Part shown: positions 1 through 13,300 of the stretch, piece by piece
Layout of the letters: every line of letters begins with the position of its first letter
Numbering within the stretch: position 1 is the first letter of the stretch
Assembly: GCF_035084215.1 (NCBI RefSeq)
Contig: NC_090355.1
Span: 21,638,001 to 21,702,000, forward strand
DNA from: Heptranchias perlo
Taxonomy: Eukaryota
Length of the DNA: 64,000 nt
Direction of reading: 5' to 3'
The notes under the pieces: generated by a model
The model's input: only the letters and a program-made list of their open reading frames with translations
Told to the model about the DNA's origin: nothing
Database searches by the model: none
Position numbers and translations under genes: made by a program

Positions 1-135
1 AAAGTATGATCGTAAAATAACGACAGAATGCATGACTTCAAAAACTGGGACTGAATTATGTAGGTGTGTCCTGGTACAATTTTCCACACCAGCTAACCCT
101 GCTTCAACTGAAGACCATGTTGGTCCTGATTCCCT

Positions 136-354
136 GGCCCTGAAATTCCTGGGAGTTTACTCCACCAGTGCAAGATCTGCCCATGGCTCCCCCACCCCCT
201 CCCCCCGCCCCGCCCCACCCCACCGACCCCACTGGAATTTAAAGAACCATGGGAAAATGGAGCAAAATCCCTGCAGAACCGGCTTCCACCCAAAATTTCA
301 TTCCCCCCCCCCCCCAGGCCTTCTGCCCTCTCTGGCCCCTGGAATTTCGGTGCC
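136..354. mobile_element. Possible small MITE
   Basis: Imperfect 14-bp inverted ends GGCCCTGAAATTCC / GGAATTTCGGTGCC. Confidence 0.4.
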
Positions 355-584
355 CCCTGTACGCAAACACAACAGGAGACCACCTGGTGCAGTGTAATCA
401 TTTATCTTAAGTGTTTTACCAGCATCCAGTGCTGAGATGCACAACTTGTTTATAGCGGGGCCTAGGAGGCAGCATCACCACTAGCACAAATTCCACTTTA
501 CAGGCTCTAGAAAATGAACACAGTCACATTTAAAACAGAACTGGGACAAGAAAGGACTGAAGGCAATCAATCGCTTTTAGTCCA

Positions 585-895
585 ATAGGAACATAGGAAA
601 AGGAGTAGGCTATTCAGCCCCTCGAGCCTGTACCGCCATTCCCTTAGATCATGGATGATCTGTATCTTAACTCCATCTACCCGCCTTGGTTCCCTAACCC
701 TTAATACCCTTGCCTAACAAAAATCTATCAATCTCAGTTTAGACATTTTCAATTGACCCCCAGCCTCAACAACTTTTTGGGGAGAGAGTTCCAGATTTCC
801 ACTACCCTTTGTGTGAAGAAGTGCTTCCTGACATCACCCCTGAACGGCCTAGCGCTAATTTTAAGGTTATGCCCCCTTGTTCTGGACTCCCCCAC
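585..895 (-). mobile_element. CR1 3' end fragment
   Basis: AGGAACATAGGA...TATTCAGCCCCTCGAGCCTG tail, as at 57560. Confidence 0.8.
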
Positions 896-1278
896 CAATG
901 GTTCATGAAAGTAATATATTTGGCAAATTGGGTCTGACCGTTACTGCTGATTAAAGAGTAACATGACATTTCCTTGCGATCTTCTGATAATATAAAACAA
1001 ACAGAGGAAGGCAGAGATTATTGAATGTAAATATCATCTGCAGTCACACCCCTTTACTTGGGAGTACCACAGAGCCACCTTGGGCTGCCCACAAACAACG
1101 GAAGCCACTCAGAATCTATGCCCCCATTCTCCGCTAAAGAATTGCTTCTCATAATTTGCAGCAGGCACGTAACTACCGCACAGAGCTCGCCAAGAATCTG
1201 CCAAGTCTTCCTCGTCATCTGGTCGATGACAATGGTGAAAATATTAAGTGAAAAAAAAATCACCTGCATCAATTGATC

Positions 1279-1347
1279 ATGTGGAGGAGACTAGCTTCAC
1301 ACTTCAACGGCATCAAAGTGAAATACTTTTCCTCACATGAAGCAGAG
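1279..1347 (+). CDS. WDR38: WDR38 coding exon 1 ([23 protein letters not shown])
   Basis: ATG at 1279, donor GAG|GTAGGT; [10 protein letters not shown] aligns with human VKFFGQHGGE. Confidence 0.82.
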
Positions 1348-4300
1348 GTAGGTAGCAAACTACAGGGCTTAACTGTTTGTTAACCTTAGACTTTGGGAAA
1401 TTTATTGTATATTTGTTGTATATTTGTTGTACATTTTCCTGCCACAAGAAGTTGCTTGCCCCGCAGGGTTACACCAGAAATATGCCGGAAATGGCCAGGA
1501 AATTCACCCCCTATATGCGAGCTCTTCAAGTGTCAGCTCTGCCTCATCTTTAACTGAAATTATAATTTATTTACGGTGGCGTTATGGTCATACCTGTGCT
1601 CTGATGGCCTGGTGACAGTAGATTAGTAAATTTACCATCTGGTAGTTAGTCCTATTATCCAAATTGCCGATAACAAATGATGTATATGAAAGAGTTACAC
1701 CTCTTATGGGTTTTTTCCTAGCACTTGAGGCAAATTGTCACCCGTGATTCTCACCACAGAACAACACTGAATTAAGTGGGAAAAAATGGATTGATGAGAG
1801 GGATGGCAAGAAGAGGTGGCTCGCGAACCCCCAGATTTGTGCATGTGTGTGCTCATTACAATCTGTGTACAGGTTCTTTATGCACCATGGGGCAAAATTT
1901 CCATATGGTGAGTTCTGCCGCTGTTTACGCCAGTGGAAAAAGATTTGCAGATTGGAGGACAACCAGATAAGGAAGGAGCAGTGCTTGGCTCACTTGCTTA
2001 ATGCTCAGGTAACTTCACTACATGTCTCATCAATCTTTTCATGATACTTTTTAAGAGTGTCTGCAGCAGGACCCCCTGGAGCAAGCAGCCAAACACCGGC
2101 ACCCAGGCACAGAAGACGACCACCAAATTTTTCTGACTTTGACTTCCAAGACCTCCTCCAAGGAGGCAAAGCTTCCCGGGTGTCCATGCCCATAAGCCTA
2201 CCAGGAATGGCATTCCTGTCACCCGCGGGAAGGTGGCACTGGCAGCCAGCTCTCTCACCCCCTAGACAACCGACCAATGCCGCAAGAAGTTCAACAGCCA
2301 CACCATGGACAACAAGGTAACACACGGATCCTCTCCCTTTTCTTCCTGGTCCAACCTGAGCACCAGCACACGCTTCACCCTCTTAAAGCAACATGTGCAA
2401 CTAACCCTTCACAACGCACTCTGATTAAGGAGGTTCCAATTCAGGATCTTCCACTAAGTCTACCCAGCAACCATAGCAGCAATTACTTACATGCACAAGC
2501 CTAAAACCCCTTCCTCCACTTTAATAGGCTCAGGCCCTCACATCTCTTACTTCAGCTCTCCAATGCCACTTGGCGCACACTCCTCTTCTGGCAGCCTTCA
2601 CCTCATGTATTCCATCATCTCGCAGGAGAAATTGGTGCACTACGATCAGAAAAAAGCCAGTGCCTTTAAACCACTCACACCCTACTATGTACAACTGTGG
2701 CACATACACTATGACATACTCAGTAATGCATAAACAGTAATAGATATGCACATATATACCTTGTACACACACAGAAGTACATACATATATACACCATGTA
2801 GATACACACTGATACATAAACATATATACAATAATATATGTGCATATATATATCATATAGATATGCAGTAATGCATACATACATATATGTCATACATGGG
2901 CCAGAATTTGCTGTCAAAATAACGGTGAAGCTAATGGCCCTCGCCGTTATTTATGCCCAAATGCTATAGCAACTTCAGTCGAGGGGCAGAAATGCAGTTA
3001 AACTCTGATATACAAAAGTTGCTGTTTGAGATGCGCCGCTCCGCCGTTAGCTTTGCGAAAACTGCATCTCGCTGTCTGCCTCAGCAATGAAACGCATTGA
3101 ACGGCGTGAAGTTGCTGTATTTTCGCGGTAGATACAAATTAAATTCGCCACAGGAAGTTAAGTCTTGTCCATTTCAGACTAAGTACCCTTTTAATGATGT
3201 GTTAAGTGTTAATTACTGCCAATCCATCTCTCTGGCACTGAAAATTAACTATTACAAGTGTGGAGTCTCACTCCTTCGGATTTTAATTGTTGTTGGAGAT
3301 TTTAAAAATGTAAAATTTTAAATTAAAATTTTGTTTTTTTAACATTTCGTTTCTATCTTTTTTTTCTCTCTTAATCCAATCTTTCTTTCCCTCTATTTCT
3401 CTTTCTGTACCTGATTTGACATTGAATTCACCCACTCTAATTTACATTTCCTTCTCAGTCCCTGCGCTGTTAATTTCTCAATCCTTCAATCTGATTGGTT
3501 CAGGAGATACACAGTTGCTTGCCCTGTTCACTCAGGTCCCAGATGCCCTGTTTCCTTTACTGCGATGTTATCAGCTCGAACTTTTAGCAACTTGCCACGC
3601 AAAAAATTTTAAAACCGAAACGGTCAAGGGCAAGTCTAAGTAATGGCAGGCACTGTTAGATGCCTGACTACAGCAAATTATGGGCCCATATATTATGTAC
3701 ATAAGAAGCAGGAAAGTGAAACCACCCTTCCACTCCATAGCCACTAGATGGAGTCAGTGTGTAATTCCTGTATACAATATGAAGCACATGTACATAGTAT
3801 ATAAAGAAAGAACTTGCATTTATTGTGCATTTCATGTCTCAGGATATTATAAAATGATGTACATGCATAGTAATACATACAGTACATACACAGAAATACA
3901 TACACAGATGTGCACCAGGTACACACACAGTAATACATATGCACATATATACTATGTACATGTAAAGGCATAATTATGCACATCTACACCATGTTTGAAC
4001 ACAAGCACAGACAGTAATACATGTTTGCATAAGCACCATGTACATGCACAGTAGTATGAGTGCATTAACACCATATGCACAGTAATGTATACATATATAC
4101 CATGTAAATATGCAGTAACACATATCCAAATATATACATTATGCATGTATACACCACTGTACGTAAACAGTGACACATACACAATGCACCTACATAACCA
4201 TACATGCAGCGTGCACTAGTATCATGTACAAGGGCACACACAGGGACATATACAGATGCATAAGGTGAAATACACAATAAATAAAAACAATGACACAGGT

Positions 4301-7300
4301 ACTCATACGGAGTAATAGCTATAGAATGAGAGACACAAAGTGACTCATTGAATCATAGAATTTTGTGGCACACAAGGAGGCCTGCTTTCTGAAAGAGCTA
4401 TCCACTCAGTCTCATTCCCGTGCCTTTTCAAATTTTTCTTTTTCACATATTGATCCACTTCTCTTTTGAAAGCTATTGTGGATTCTGCTTCCACCATGAA
4501 GGTTGTTAGGGCATTCCAGATCCTAACAACCTCTGTGCAAAAAAAGAGTCCCCTAATCTTTCCTATCGGTCTTTTGGTGATGAACTTAAATTTATGCTCT
4601 TTAATTATTGACTCACAGACCAGCGTAAATAGGTTTTCCCAAATTATTTAATCAAAACTCCACATAATTTTGAACACCTCCATCAGTTCTTCTCTTAACC
4701 TTCTTTGGTCTAATGAAAAGAGCCCCAGTTTCTTTAGCCTCTCCTCCTAACTAAAGCTTCTCATCGCTGGGATTATCTTCTGTACCCTCTCCATGGCCTT
4801 GGAATCCTTTCTAAATGAGAGCACCCAAAACTGGACATAATATTCTAACTGCAGTCTAATGAACGACATGTATAGGTTCAACACACATTTATACACTGAA
4901 AAACCCAGCAAAGTTCCTCTCACACATGAAGTTGAGGTGTGCAATAAAAAAGCACAAAGTACAAAGAGTTGTATATTAAAGTATAATCTTTCCCCAATGT
5001 TAGGGTTTGTCCACACAAAATGGTTGCCCCTCCCCTGGTTACTAACAGGATAACCATCCAATTACAGCCATTGTTTCAGAAATTGAGGGATAATTTCAGA
5101 CTTGCAAACCTTTAAAATCGGCGGTTTCGTCCGACAGGGTGCAACAAGTATATGATGACAAATTGCTTTCAGTCCCAGGATTAGCCACTTCCCCTTTGGA
5201 TTTGGATAAAGTTTCATTAAGATGTCAGCATCTTCTGAAGAGACTCATGCAGTTTAATGGAAAAGCAGAGTACGTTCCAGAGAAAGTAATATGTAGCTGA
5301 TTGACTATCCAGGAATCCTATTTAAGATACAGATGTATGAAACAGCAAAGGCCAGTGGAGTAATGTCTAAGTACAGAAGTACACCTATGAGAGAGACAAC
5401 TATGGGCAGATAGAAAACTTCCAACGTTACCAGTATACTAGAGAAGGAGGGTCTAAATATATTCAAGATCTCCCTGATGAACCGATAGAATATTACACTG
5501 TACCAGGAGAACTGGGACAGGATTATTATCCCTCCTACAATGAGGAGAGAGATTCTTGACAGAATGCATGGAGCTGATGAAATGCCAAGAATGGGCAAAC
5601 ATATCTGTGTGGTGGCCAGGCATTAACAAGGATATCATCAGAGAGAAAGTGTCTTCATGTGAGTTTTGTCAAGGTACTAAATCAACTCAAAGAGAAGAAC
5701 CTTCGATGGCTACACCATTACCAGAGAGACCTTGGCAGAAGATTGTTGTGGTCTTATGTGAGCTCAAAAAAAACCTTGTAGTTATTGACTGTTATTCTAG
5801 ATTTCTTAAATTTACTCATCTGTCAGATATAAAAAGCTGCCACTTTGTCGGGAATCTTAGGAATACGTTAACTTGAGCTATCCTTCAGGAACTTGTCACA
5901 GATAATGCAATACAATTTCTGGCTGCAGAGTTTCAAGCATTCAGAGCTCAGTGTGACTTTGTACATGCCACTACCAATACTCATTATCCTCAGTCAAATA
6001 GAGAGACTGAGGGGCCAGTTAGGACTGCTAAAAATCCTGAAACAAGAAGATCTCTTCTTGTCCTTACTGACTCACAGGGCAATTCTGATAATATCTTTAG
6101 GTAAAGCCCAGCTTAAGATGAATATTAAAACGACAATCCCCACATTGGACAAACATCTGCAGCTAAAATGGCCAAACAAAAATAGTATAAAGCAGGCTGA
6201 CCAGCCTTCAAGGAGAACTACGAGCATTGTTTCAAGCTCCGAATGAGTTATCACCACCACAAAATGAATCTGAGCTTGAAACTCCTTCTGTTCACTTATA
6301 ATCCCCCCGTCAAATACGCTTTCCAGGTGATAGTGCTAGGCCACCAATGCAAACAGCTGAAACTTGAAAGTCCAAAGTAAGAACTTCCAGCAGCTGGATT
6401 GTGATAAGACCAATTTGTTATAGAAACGGTGATTAGTTACTAATGGCAAACTGCTGTCGCCATTGCGGAAGTCTACTCTTAAATCCAGTTGCGATGTGCT
6501 TGTTTCACCATCGGCTGAAAGAAAGGAAGATGTGGTGAGAAATACCTGTCAATCAGAGAACTAGCCACTTCAGCCTTGAGAGTCAGGTGACAGAGAAAGG
6601 AATGCTGGAAATGTTCCAGGGAGAGCCTTTGTAAACTACCTCTTGTAAAGCTCAGAACTAAAATGATGTGCATTTCTGTTTGTTGATAAATCCGTTTAAA
6701 ACTGAGATAATCCTCAGTCCAGATTTTTGATAAAGCACAATAAAAATCTATTCATTTTTTGGAAATCTACTGTGACTAAATGAAGCAGAACTGATGCTGG
6801 TACTTTGTTATGAAATAGTTTGTTTTATGCAGGTGAACCTGTGCACATTCTCTCATGATTGCCAGCTCCTATTAACAGGCTCAGACGACTGCCACATTTG
6901 TGTCTGGAATGTTGAAAATGGAAAATGTCTATTTAAAGTTAATGGTCACACAGGTACGAGATTTCAGTGACACCTTTTACCCGCTTGTAGGTATTCTTTA
7001 CGTATTTATGATTTAGCAGCTACCCATAATCTGGGATTTCACTGCAGTCTTGGCTGTACATAATTTATCAACTCTGGTTATTATTGGATGTATTTTTGTG
7101 ATCTTCAGTTTATTTTCTATCTTTATGTGTGCCTTGTTTGTTTTTCAGTGGTCTGAGTTGCCTGTACTTTGTCGCTCAATTAATACTTTTTAAAAGATTG
7201 CCTGTCATCAGTAATGTTCTTGTCTGATTCCTTTGCTAGTGAATTACTTCATTTAAAATGCACAAGCCACATTAATACCATGGGGGAAGGTTTGCTCCGG

Positions 7301-10300
7301 TTGCTATTTCTAATGCCATCATAAATCCATTCTTTTAGAATGTACTTACAATTTTGCTAGAAATGAACAGGGAAAAAAAAACCTGTCCTTGTGTTTAGAC
7401 GTCATTAATGAATAGCAACCAGAGAAATCTTTTGCCAAGAATTGTAAATGGGACCAAAGATATGAAAACCATGTGATCAGATTAATGGTGAAATAAATGT
7501 TCTGCTCTCACCGACGATGGAAATTCTACTAGTTCTATCAATTGTGAGAAACCCATAGTTTTGGGGACCTTTTGCATTAATTAGTAAAATAACATTTCCT
7601 CTCAATGATGAGATTTTGGGGCTGATTTTCATGTCGGCCCATTGTCTGTTGGGGGGTTGCATAGTTTGCACATTGCTGAACCTGGTGCATTTCTAGGTTC
7701 AGCAAAACTGCATCGAGTGCCAGATGTGATAAACATAAACATCTTCTACTTGATGATTGACCTTTAGGGGTGGGAATTTGGGTGCTGCTGCAAGTTTTAG
7801 AGGGAATTTAGCTGCTGATATCCTTCTACGAGCTCTGGAAAATGGCTGTGAGCAGCTGTGGCACCACATCTCAAGGCTAGAAAGCTGGCGGCAGCAAGTG
7901 CAGCACAGAAGGTTTCCTACCCTAGTGGGGCATTATGACAGCATTACGGCATTGGGTCAGAGGACTTGGCAGGAGTTGGCTGATCATATCAATGCCAGCA
8001 GCACTTGATGGGGGCTTCAAGAGTGTGATTGCTGTTATTGCTCAGTTCACCCACAGATCAGAGTAATAATGAGCCCAGGGGCAGGGGCAGGCAATGAATG
8101 AATGATGTTGTTGTCTCTCGTATAATGATAACACTATTCCACCACAACCTCCACCCATCTCCAATGGTTTCTCTTGTGCCAGAAAACAGGCCAGGTGCAG
8201 CTGGCCCATCTCCGAGGTCAAGCACCACCTTAATCGCAGGAGCCTCTCAGAAGCACACATCTGCCAGCCACATCAAAGGCTTCTTCCATGGGGGTTGAAA
8301 CCAAGAGAGAAGCCCAACATCAGGCAGTGCAGCCAAACACACACACAGACTGTTAGGAAGGGGAAGCACTGTGGTAGCTGCCACTAGAATCACATTTTGG
8401 ATAGTAAACTATGATGGCATTTGAGTTGCACGGTTTCATTTGTGTGGCTCAGGAACATATATGTGCAATTGAGGAGTGGTGTAGCTGGAAGATTATTAGG
8501 TTTGTTGTACAAATGAAGATCGTAATTTATTCTAGATGCCACAATATTCTCATTCAGTGCAATGCCCTTTGCATTGCCCAGTGCAATGCCCTATCAAAAG
8601 ATAGCGTGAAAACAAACCGTTCTTTTAACATTTTTTTGAACATGTATAAATAATATAATCCAATTTAGAACAATTTGCTGTAGCCACATTTACAGCTGAG
8701 AGAAAGGAGTCATCAACAGAAATGCTCAGATTAGGAGCTGCTTATTATTTGGGTTTGCTATCTAATACACTGCTAGCAAGATCGGGTCCATTTTTCTAAT
8801 GCTGCAATTGTGTCAGAATTGTTTAACGTTGTGTGTTTGGCTGGCAGTGTAATATTACATACTGTGTAATAACACTCTATGAACAGATCCTGTATGTTGC
8901 TTCCACTCCAACAGGCCCAGTGAAGGCTTGTGCGTTCTCTGCTGACTCTAAGCTCTTCGCCAGTGGCTCCTGTGATTGCACTGTACGAGTGTGGAACACA
9001 GCAACTGCACAGTGTCTGCACATTCTACAAGGTATGTGTTTGAGAAAATAGCCTGATCACAACAGTGACAGAAAATCACTCTTACCCTGCATGGTGATGA
9101 CCAGGGTTCCTACCTTTGCTCAGACTAAAACAGGACAGGGTGGCAGAGGACTGGAATCCAGACTAGGACAGGGTTTAGGCATGGAGTTTGCCATTATTAA
9201 CAAGTTCGCTAACGGCATGTGCGTATCAGGCATAAAACCAAACTTATACTCTCTAGTTTTCAAATATCAAAATTACCGAGCTGCCACTTCCAAAACTGGT
9301 TTGTCCAGTTGCAAATTAGACAGTTGCCAATTTTCTGGTTTGTTCTGTTTGAATTTTGTGGGCCTAGGGGTTTGGGAAGGGCTGTTCTTTGTGTTGTTGC
9401 TTCATTGATGGATAAATCCTAAATCACATCACTCAGATCTGTTACTATCAGCAGATTGCCATATATACAGATTAATGGAAATATGGATTTAAACATTGAT
9501 CTCTGGCCCCCAGGGCTCCATGATATGTCAAAACCATGGATACTCTTTGTATATGGAGTGGAGGGAATTTTAAATAAAAGGAGAGCTTTTAATGTTAAAG
9601 AAACTGGCATCAACAGAGCAAGCATTAACACCTGTATTTTTGCCCAGTCTCTAAAACATTTAACTGCCCTGTTTCTAGTACACAGAATGAAGATGAAGTC
9701 ATGACTAATCCAACTCCAAACTTTTAACCAACTGAATCATTTTCAATCCATTCATGTTATATAAAAAAATTCCAATGGACAAGGCCATTCCCAATTAATA
9801 GAATCCAAAGCAAATTTCCCATTTACTCCCATTGTACAAGCTCTTGATCCACTCATTACATACAGTTAAATACAAAACCCGTGCCCATGTTTTGAATGGG
9901 ATATTCCACAATTAATTCTTAGACCTAGATAAAATACAACTTTTTCCAAGGGACAGTTGAACATTTCAGACTTTTGTGTTAAATCTTTTTTTAGAATGAC
10001 TTGATGAATGAATCATAGAACCTTGTAACCTTGAAGGAGACCACTCAGCCAGCGTGCCTGTGCTGTCTCTTCGAAAGACCTATCCAATTAGTCCCATTCC
10101 CCCGCTTTTTCCTCATAGCCCTGCAAATTTTTCCTTTTCAAGTATTTATCCAATTCCTGTTTGAAAGTTACTATTGAATCTGCTTCCACCTCCCTTTCAG
10201 GCAATGCATTCCGGATCATAACAACTCACTGCATATATAAAAAAAATCTTCTCATCTCCCCTTTGGTTCTTTTGCCAATTATCTTAAATCTGTGTCCTCT

Positions 10301-13300
10301 GGTTACCAACCCTCCCGCCAGTGGAAACAGTTTCTCCTTATTTACTCTATCAAAACACCTCATAATTTTGAATACCTCTTAAATCTCCCCTTAATGTTCT
10401 CTGCACTAAGGGGAACAATCCCAGCTTCTCTAATCTCGCCATATAATTGAAGTCACTCATCCCTGCTATCATTTTGGTAAATCTCTTCTGCTTTCCAAGG
10501 CCTTGACATCGTTCCTAAAGTGTGCTGCCCAGAATTGGACACAATACTTTAGTTGAGTCCTAACCAGTGATTTATAGAGGATTAGCATAGTTTCCTTGCT
10601 TTTGTACTCTATGCATCTATTTATAAAGCCAAGGATTCCATATGCTTTTATTACAGCTTTATCGACTTGTCCTGCCACCTTCAAAGATTTGTGTATGTGA
10701 ACCCCGAGGTCTCTTTGAACAATTAAACATTATGAAGCAAAGATTTACCTAGTCACGGTCAACTTATAGAGTTCCTGGTCCCAGTTTAACCTCTATATTT
10801 AGTATTAAAAGAACATGAGTAACATAGAATTTGCGATAAAGAGTGAACATGGTATGAGTCAAGATTGGTTTAACTCGTTTTCCTGAGAGAATTTTTCACA
10901 AAATGTTATTTTGTAAAGAGATATATAAAATTTAATTAAACAACCAGATATCATTAATGTATCAGATTTTCTCAGTCCAGAATGATCCCTCTTTCCAATC
11001 AGTTTCTAAATTGGATTATATTATTGGATGTAGCTTGCTATAACTTACTCTTCTCACTGCCATAATACTATAAGATCAGAAGGTAAATACAGATGAAGGA
11101 TGCCATCTCATCTCATCCATATGGGAAAAACTAAGTCTTCTTGTCATATCGCTTAGCTGGATCTTGAATGAAACTAAGGGACGTTTGCATCCACGAACGT
11201 ACCCACAAGTTGATCGCTGTGTGAAGAAATGTTTCCTGAACTCAGTCGTAATTTGACCTTCCATCAGTTTTATTTTATGCTCCCCTTTCCTACTGTAATG
11301 ACTTACCTTGAATTAATACTCCAGGTTTACCTTTTCTATACCAGTTACTATCTTATTTGGCTCTTTAATGTCCCCTCTCGTCATCTTTCTAAACTGAAGA
11401 GTCCCAGCTTCTCCAGATGTTCCTCATAATTCAATTCTGACACTAGGAATCTTGCGGCTCTCTTCTGCACTACCTCTGCGGCTTGAATGTTGAGCCTCGA
11501 TGACCGAAACTGGACACAATACTCAAGGTGCTGTCTAATGATCCATTACGAGATCACTGCAGCAAATTACATGAAGCATGTGGTATTTTGGATGTAGTAA
11601 TAAGCTGAGAGGCTGTTTGATGAATGAAGAGGGTGGTTGTGGTTAGTGGGTTTTGCCAATTGAAATAATTTACATATTTTGATATAAAATGGCAAATGGG
11701 AAGAACATTCAAAAAAACATTTTGGATGTGGAATAGCTAAATGAGAGTGCAATTGTCAGAGGAAACATCGATGTATACATTGTAAAAAAATTCACCATCT
11801 TAAGAGTAATGAGATTTGTTGTGTTGCTTTTGAGTGAGCTGATTGGCCCCTGGGACCTACATGGTATTATTGGTCATGTGGTAAGTCTCTCCACTCTTGG
11901 GCCTCTTCTGGATCCAGCCTCTTTGATCCCTAGATACTGGCCTCACGTTTCTTGGCCCCTTGCTGCTTCCCGCCTGCTCTGCTATTAGGCCCCGTCTCTC
12001 CATTCTCATCTGTCTTCAGGACCTGCCCTCCTAGACTCAGTGTTCCTCACTTTTGCACCATTGTCCAGGCCTGCCTAAAAGCACAGATCATGTCAATGAG
12101 TGCATGCTAAAACTTACTGGCAGTGAACGCCTATAAATCCAGTTTATTAGATTGCAAAATAAACTCCCCACTGCGACTGATAAAGAAAATTAAATATCCG
12201 ACAAGGAGATTACATAAAATAACTATAATTGCTATAGAAATCTTCACAGCAATGATCACAAAAAATTACCATAGAAACTCTAACTGGATTTCAGCAAAGT
12301 CATTAGAATTACTTAAAAAGGAGCAACTGCCTACTTTTCTTTCAGGAAGTGGGAAAGGGAATGAATGGGAAAAAGAATCTGAGTCAAACTGAGATACAGA
12401 AATGTCAATGGGAGTCTACGAGAGACATGTAGAGAGAGACAAAGAGAGAAGGGGGTTCAAAAAAGTGAATGACAAGAGAAAGACAGAAAGATCAAAGCAG
12501 AAGAAATTAGATGGTAGAAAACAAACAGAGCCAGTTACAAGATGACAGCCTTTTTTTTTTCTTTGTCCACAAGCAACCCCATAGAAGATCAATTATTTCT
12601 TGATTATTTCTTCAATATCTTTGAGATAGCGCAACCAGACCCATAAAAAAACAAGCATACTTCTGGAAAAAGCACAGCCGCACGTTTAGAAGAAGCTCAG
12701 TTATGGAGGAAAGGCAAAATGAGAGAAAAAAGTTAAGGCAAGGGACAGTACATGTTATTATTGAAGTTATGCATAGCATGAAGGAAGCTGGGGTTAGTAC
12801 AAGAGGGGTCAGGGAATGGGGTAATAGAAGGCATCACCCCAGTTTTGTGCACAATTTAGCCCGAAGTGCAAAACATTTCCTGAAGTACAAGTTTCCATTT
12901 TTATGATGTCATAGATTCATCAGACTATGGTTAAGGATAAAGGAAGAAGCATAGTCCCTATAAACTATTTTAAAACTCGCCTGTCAATAACCATGCAGTC
13001 TCAATGTTTCATCAGTATTAGGGCTGCTGCTATGAAATTAAGATCAGACACAAATAAATAGAAAAATGAACTAAAATCCACACATCCAGAATTTGATGAC
13101 AATAATGAATTCAAGAATATATACAGATTTGGGTTTTAGCCAATGAATTTTTGTTTCAGCATTCAGTTTGACTTTGTACAAAAACTGATTCTAATATGCT
13201 ACAACCCAGGCCACGGAACACCATCTCGTTGATGTTGTCGTAACACTATTCTCTAACATGGTTCAATAAGCTGAGTTGTTGTTATTCTTAGGACACAGTA

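Noticed and set aside
2530-4277. Cys/Tyr/Met-rich ORFs in the ORF track
   Set aside because: They are translations of the TA/CA low-complexity array, not proteins.
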